NCBI RefSeq assembly: GCF_001194135.2 | Contig: NC_068981.1 | Location: forward strand, 179,016,919-179,055,350 | Reading direction: 5' to 3' | DNA from: Octopus bimaculoides | Lineage: Eukaryota | DNA: 38,432 nucleotides | Part shown: positions 33,911-38,432 of the stretch, piece by piece | Layout: each line of letters opens with the position of its first letter | How positions within the stretch are numbered: the first letter of the stretch is position 1 | Notes under the pieces: generated by a model | Told to the model about the DNA's origin: nothing | Seen by the model: only the letters and a program-made list of their open reading frames with translations | The model's database searches: none | Made by a program: the position numbers and the translations under genes

Positions 33911-36519
33911 CACAAATTAGTGTACATTTATACACAAAAAGGCAAGCCTTGAACAGGTTGCCTAACATACTAGAAAGAACAGTCAAAGAATTCCTATCCT
34001 ATATAAATATATATGTGTTTGTCCCCCCACTGTTTTCTATGCTGGCATGGGTTGGATGGCTTGACAGGAACTGGAAAGGCCAAGGGCTACATCTGGTCAG
34101 TCCCATAGTCTGTTTTGGCTTGGTTTCTATGGCTGGATGCCCTTCCTAATGCCAACCATTCCTCAGAGTGTATTGGGTGCTTTTTATGTGGCACCATCAC
34201 CAGTGCTTTTGAAGTGGCACCACCACCAGGGATGATTGTTTTCCAAACAGTTCTTTGCTAAATCCTTTGCAAAGTTCAACATTTTAAGATCAACCTTTAC
34301 CACTTGTACCCATGTCATCATCTTTCTCCACTTGAATATCCTGGCAGTTCTTTACCCATCTCTTATCTTCCATGCACATCTCACATGTTCCTAACATTGC
34401 AATTTTTTTCATTCTCATATACTGCATTTAATTCCTCTCATACATGGTTTTATCTCTCAGTTTATCCATACTCTGCTGTTCAAGCATTCTAACATACAGA
34501 TCCTGCAGAATATATTTGCTTCATTTACCTACAACCTTACAAATCTTCTACTCCCAGTGCCCACATCTCATCATTTAACATCTATCTTCCATGCAGGCAT
34601 GGGTAGGATGGTTGACAGGAGTTGGCCAGGTAGGAGACTACTCCAGGTTACTGTGTCTGTTTTGTACAAAAGTAACATACATGTTGTGTTCTTGAGCAAA
34701 GCACTTCATTTCACATTGCTCCAGTTCACTCAGCTGGTAAAAATGAGTAATCATATGACAGACTGGCGTCCCATCCAGTGGGGAATAAATATGCTACAGA
34801 ATCTGGCCCTATGAGTCTATAGGACTCAGGAAGGATTTTTATCCTTTTAAAACAAGAAGTTTATATCACAGACCAAAGGGTGGTCACAGATAAGTTAAGG
34901 AATTTGCCTTCAAGTTTTTTTTGGAGTTTGTTGAAATAAAAGTCCAGAGCAATGGATTAGCAGAATGGTTTACAGAGGTGAGTGAAATGTCTTTTATTGA
35001 CTCTTAGTATTCTGAGTTCTTCAGGGGTGGATATAATCTGTCTAGCACTTTAACACCATTATCTGATTCTTGAGTGCCTCAAGTGGAATTCACTCAGTTA
35101 CGAAACATCCAACTAGTTACAGAATAATTAACACTCTCCCTACCACCAATGTTAGAGGTTCTAAAAAAATAAGGGTTTTAGGATTAAAGGGCTGCGAAGT
35201 TAACCTCAGTGGAATTTGGACTTGGAACAGCCACAAGAAATACCATGCCAGTAAGCATTTTGTTCGACGTGCTAACGATTCCATTAGCTTAGGCATAGAG
35301 GCAGATGTTTTGAGTAGTGTCTATCGATGCCATCAACCTCAGTGCTAGACTGGTACTTTATTTTATCAATCCCAGTGCACTGAAAAGCAAATTGACCTCG
35401 TCGTGATTTGAACTCTGAATGTAAAGAGCCACAAGAAATACCACAAGACATTTTCCGACAGTTCTAACAATTAGAGAACATTGCAGAAGTGTCGTGATGG
35501 CCATTTAAAATACGCATCTAATGTTGAAATTATTTAATTTCTTTTAATAGTACTACAAGTATATAAAAATATGCATAGAGCGCTGATTAGAGAGGTTCTA
35601 TCGTTATGTACATATATTCGAAAATAAACAACATAATACTGTATTATAAGAGGCAGATATTTTTGTGCCGGTGTATGTCACATTGTAAGTTGTCTGAAAA
35701 TATTAAATCAACCCAAAACAGCTTTCCTGTATTCAGTGAGGCTGGTGAAAGTTGGTTCTTAATTTCCGTTCCATGTTGTGTCGCACATCCAGATGTATTC
35801 GGAAGATTCCAGTAGTACACACATCAGTCTTCCTATGATAAGTAAGGAATTTCACACTAAACTTTTTCTCTATTTCTGGGAAGAGTGATGCACTGTTAGT
35901 CGCCACCCACGAACTTTCTCACACCCCAACGGAGTCGATTCGGGTAAAATCTTTACCAAATTTACCGTCGATTCTGGGAGAGAAAGAGATGGATCGATCG
36001 TAGTGACTGGTCCTTTATTCATAGACATTAGATGAAAGCCGACCTCGGTAGGATTTTAATTCAAACCTAAGAGAACCGGACCAAATGCTACAAGACATTC
36101 TATCCGACACTCTCAATGCATGGTCATACTACTGTAATATTTTTACGTATATTGTCAGAGGGGTGTGGTAGAGACAGGCAATTGGAATACCAACGCCTGC
36201 ATGTGTGTCTATATAATGTAATAGTAAGCCAATGTTGTTATGATAGTAATTTAAAAATCGACAATACAAGATAACTTGTCAACATGCAGCTGTTTACATT
36301 TAAAGGGAAAAATAAACAAAACTTTGAATGAAAACATGTTACCATACTATATACCTCAAACGTTAGGAATATGAGAAAATCTGAACAGCTATGTCAGATT
36401 TATTTCCCAACGACATCATTACGAACACTGACAAGAAAATCAAACAGAGACACCATCCGTAGCTACATGTATATAATGTTATCCCAACTTGTGTATTGGC
36501 GATAATATTTTGATTGAGA

Positions 36520-36660
36520 AAGGAACATGGCGCGTGATTATTAAAAGCGCATGCGCAAATTTAGTTTCCGTTTCCGTTAGTTGTGTCAGTTTCGAATTAT
36601 AGTACCAAGTGCTTATCCGGGTTTCAGAAATCTGGAATCTCCAGAAATCCGGGAATGCTG
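36520..36660. promoter_or_regulatory. Housekeeping-type promoter candidate (probably VHL, possibly bidirectional)
   Basis: Non-repetitive, CpG-enriched patch with AACATGGCG (YY1-like, 36524-36532), palindrome GCGCATGCGC (NRF1, 36547-36556) and tandem TTTCCGTTTCCG (ETS-like GGAA cores, 36565-36576). Confidence 0.55.
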
Positions 36661-37214
36661 TGTAATAAATTGCAATATATTTATCCTAGGTATTGAGTAA
36701 ACCGAGCCCATCAAAAGGATTAGATCCTAATTGTGCATACGGTGTATTCAAAATGGTTTTCTTCTTTACTTTTTAAGCGGATTGATGAAATGTTAAGCAT
36801 ACACTGCTTTAGAAGTGTATTAAGTTGTATATGTTAAATAATATCGTAATATCGTATTCTTTACTTTTCTTCATTTCATATCCCTCCTATAAAAATTATA
36901 CAGTATGCCTGGCACAGTATCATATGTTTTAAGACGTTTTAGCGGATTTATAGATATCAAACGCAATTAAATATCCTAATGTATTGAACTCGGCATGTTT
37001 CAAATTCCACCGTATCCATTCTCCTGATCAAATTTAAGATCTGAAACCTGTCCTGACTATATACTCAATGAATAACTTGCACTAAATAACGAATTAAATA
37101 TACCAAGGGAAGCTACTCTATAAAATATTATAAGAGTTACCGTTATGATTCCGAATTGCTTAATTTTATTTTCAAAAAGGAAAAAAAAAAACCTTACAGA
37201 TAACAGCTTAATTT

Positions 37215-37545
37215 TGATCATTTACTCGTTTCAGTCATTAGTCTGCTGACATGCTGGGGCACCACCTTGAAGGGTTTAGTCGAACAAATCGACGCCATTA
37301 CTTATTATTTTTTTTAAAAATAAAACCTGTGTACTTATGCTACCAGTGTATTTTGCCAAACGGTTTAAGTTAGGGGACGTAGACAAACACCCGTTATCAA
37401 GCAGTGGCGGGGGATAAACACCAGCGCAACGACACACACACACACACAATAGGCTTATTTCCGTTTCCGGCTACCAAATTCAATCAGCTCATGGCTATAG
37501 TAGAAGACCCCTTCTTCAAGGTGCTGTGTAGTGAGACTGAACTAA
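37215..37545 (-). mobile_element. Degraded full-length copy of the microsatellite-containing SINE
   Basis: Collinear with 4290-4625, with a short internal (CA)n. Confidence 0.75.
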
Positions 37546-38326
37546 TGAAGTGTGGTGAAGAAGCAAGTTTCTTAACTACACAGCCATGCATGCGCTTAGA
37601 ATATTATATGTCTGTGTATCAATATTTTCAATTGAGTTTTAATTGCCATCAGCAACTATTTATTTAAGTCACTGTCGTCCATAAGAAACGTGGGACAATA
37701 TATTTTTCATTTCCCATCATTGAAAACGAAAATTACTGCAAAATTAGTAGAAATGCCCAAAACAGTGAAGTTCGAAGTGATTGGTTTTGTCGCGATAAAT
37801 TTCAAATTCGAATCTTACCCGAGCTAAAACTAACCTTTCATTTTTTTTCTTTTTTCTTTTCATTTTGTTTTCGTTTTATTTACTAAGAAATACTTGTCTT
37901 GTTCTTTTTATCCGTATCCCAAGACCATTATAGCCAACAAAACTTGTAACATGGATTTATCTGTGTAATAACACGAAATTCTTCCCTGGCGTTGTTTCTT
38001 CTGGAGTTTAATGGAAAGTATGGAACTGTTACATAATTATTATATGTCGTGCACTCTTATAGGAACCGTAGATACATCATATTTGCATATACGTTGCGGC
38101 GGTGATGTAACTGGATATATATTACGAAACAGGTGTCGACATATGAAATAAATGTCTAATCTCTAACTTCTCTGAGTTTTGGTTAATTGTTATATACTCT
38201 CCGCTATTGTGATTTTCGGATTCTCGTAAGGTCGGTGACGTTAATTTGGTACCCTAACCTCAACTACGGATAACTGGTGGAGAGCTTAACATGAGTTCTG
38301 TTCGATTCTCTGAACCCCTATTCCTG

Positions 38327-38327
<1 letters not shown>

Positions 38328-38398
<71 letters not shown>

Positions 38399-38432
38399 TT
38401 GTCTGTCTGTATATGTATATACACACAATATA
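38328..38432. repeat. (ATCT)n microsatellite
   Basis: Seen directly. Confidence 0.95.

Noticed and set aside
35640-35830. Coding-looking unique segment (YYWNLPNTSGC... on -, 69-aa ORF on +) and nearby + strand donors at ~34977 and ~35841
   Set aside because: No recognisable homology, stops in the frames tested, and no consistent exon chain.
38080-38090. Octamer ATTTGCAT motif (also near 3624, 21062 and 26447)
   Set aside because: Expected by chance in AT-rich DNA; no snRNA gene or PSE is nearby.

Overview
AT-rich animal genomic DNA with six N-gaps, dense microsatellites and many SINE/LINE/DNA-transposon remnants. The repeat complement looks like an octopus genome (inference from the SINE, RTE and Dong/R4 types). 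There is one well-supported protein-coding gene: a von Hippel-Lindau (VHL) orthologue on the minus strand, in two coding exons (32662..32350 and 26793..26633; 157 aa). The ORF track shows only exon 1 read through into the intron. A housekeeping-type promoter candidate (NRF1, YY1 and ETS-like motifs) lies about 3.9 kb upstream at ~36.5 kb. The rest is mostly transposon-derived: a full-length decayed cecropia-type mariner, a deleted Tc1/mariner derivative, Dong/R4, RTE and L1/Tx1 LINE fragments, Helentron-type non-autonomous elements, Penelope-like termini and three tRNA-derived SINE families. The most notable unexplained structures are two long near-perfect hairpins, hammerhead-ribozyme-like cores, a solo GC-rich element resembling an RTE 5' UTR, inverted repeat pairs inside the VHL intron, and unassigned splice-signal-bounded segments near 4.8, 6.6 and 20.4 kb. 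I see no convincing new multi-gene system. TE family assignments come from motif recognition, not database searches.
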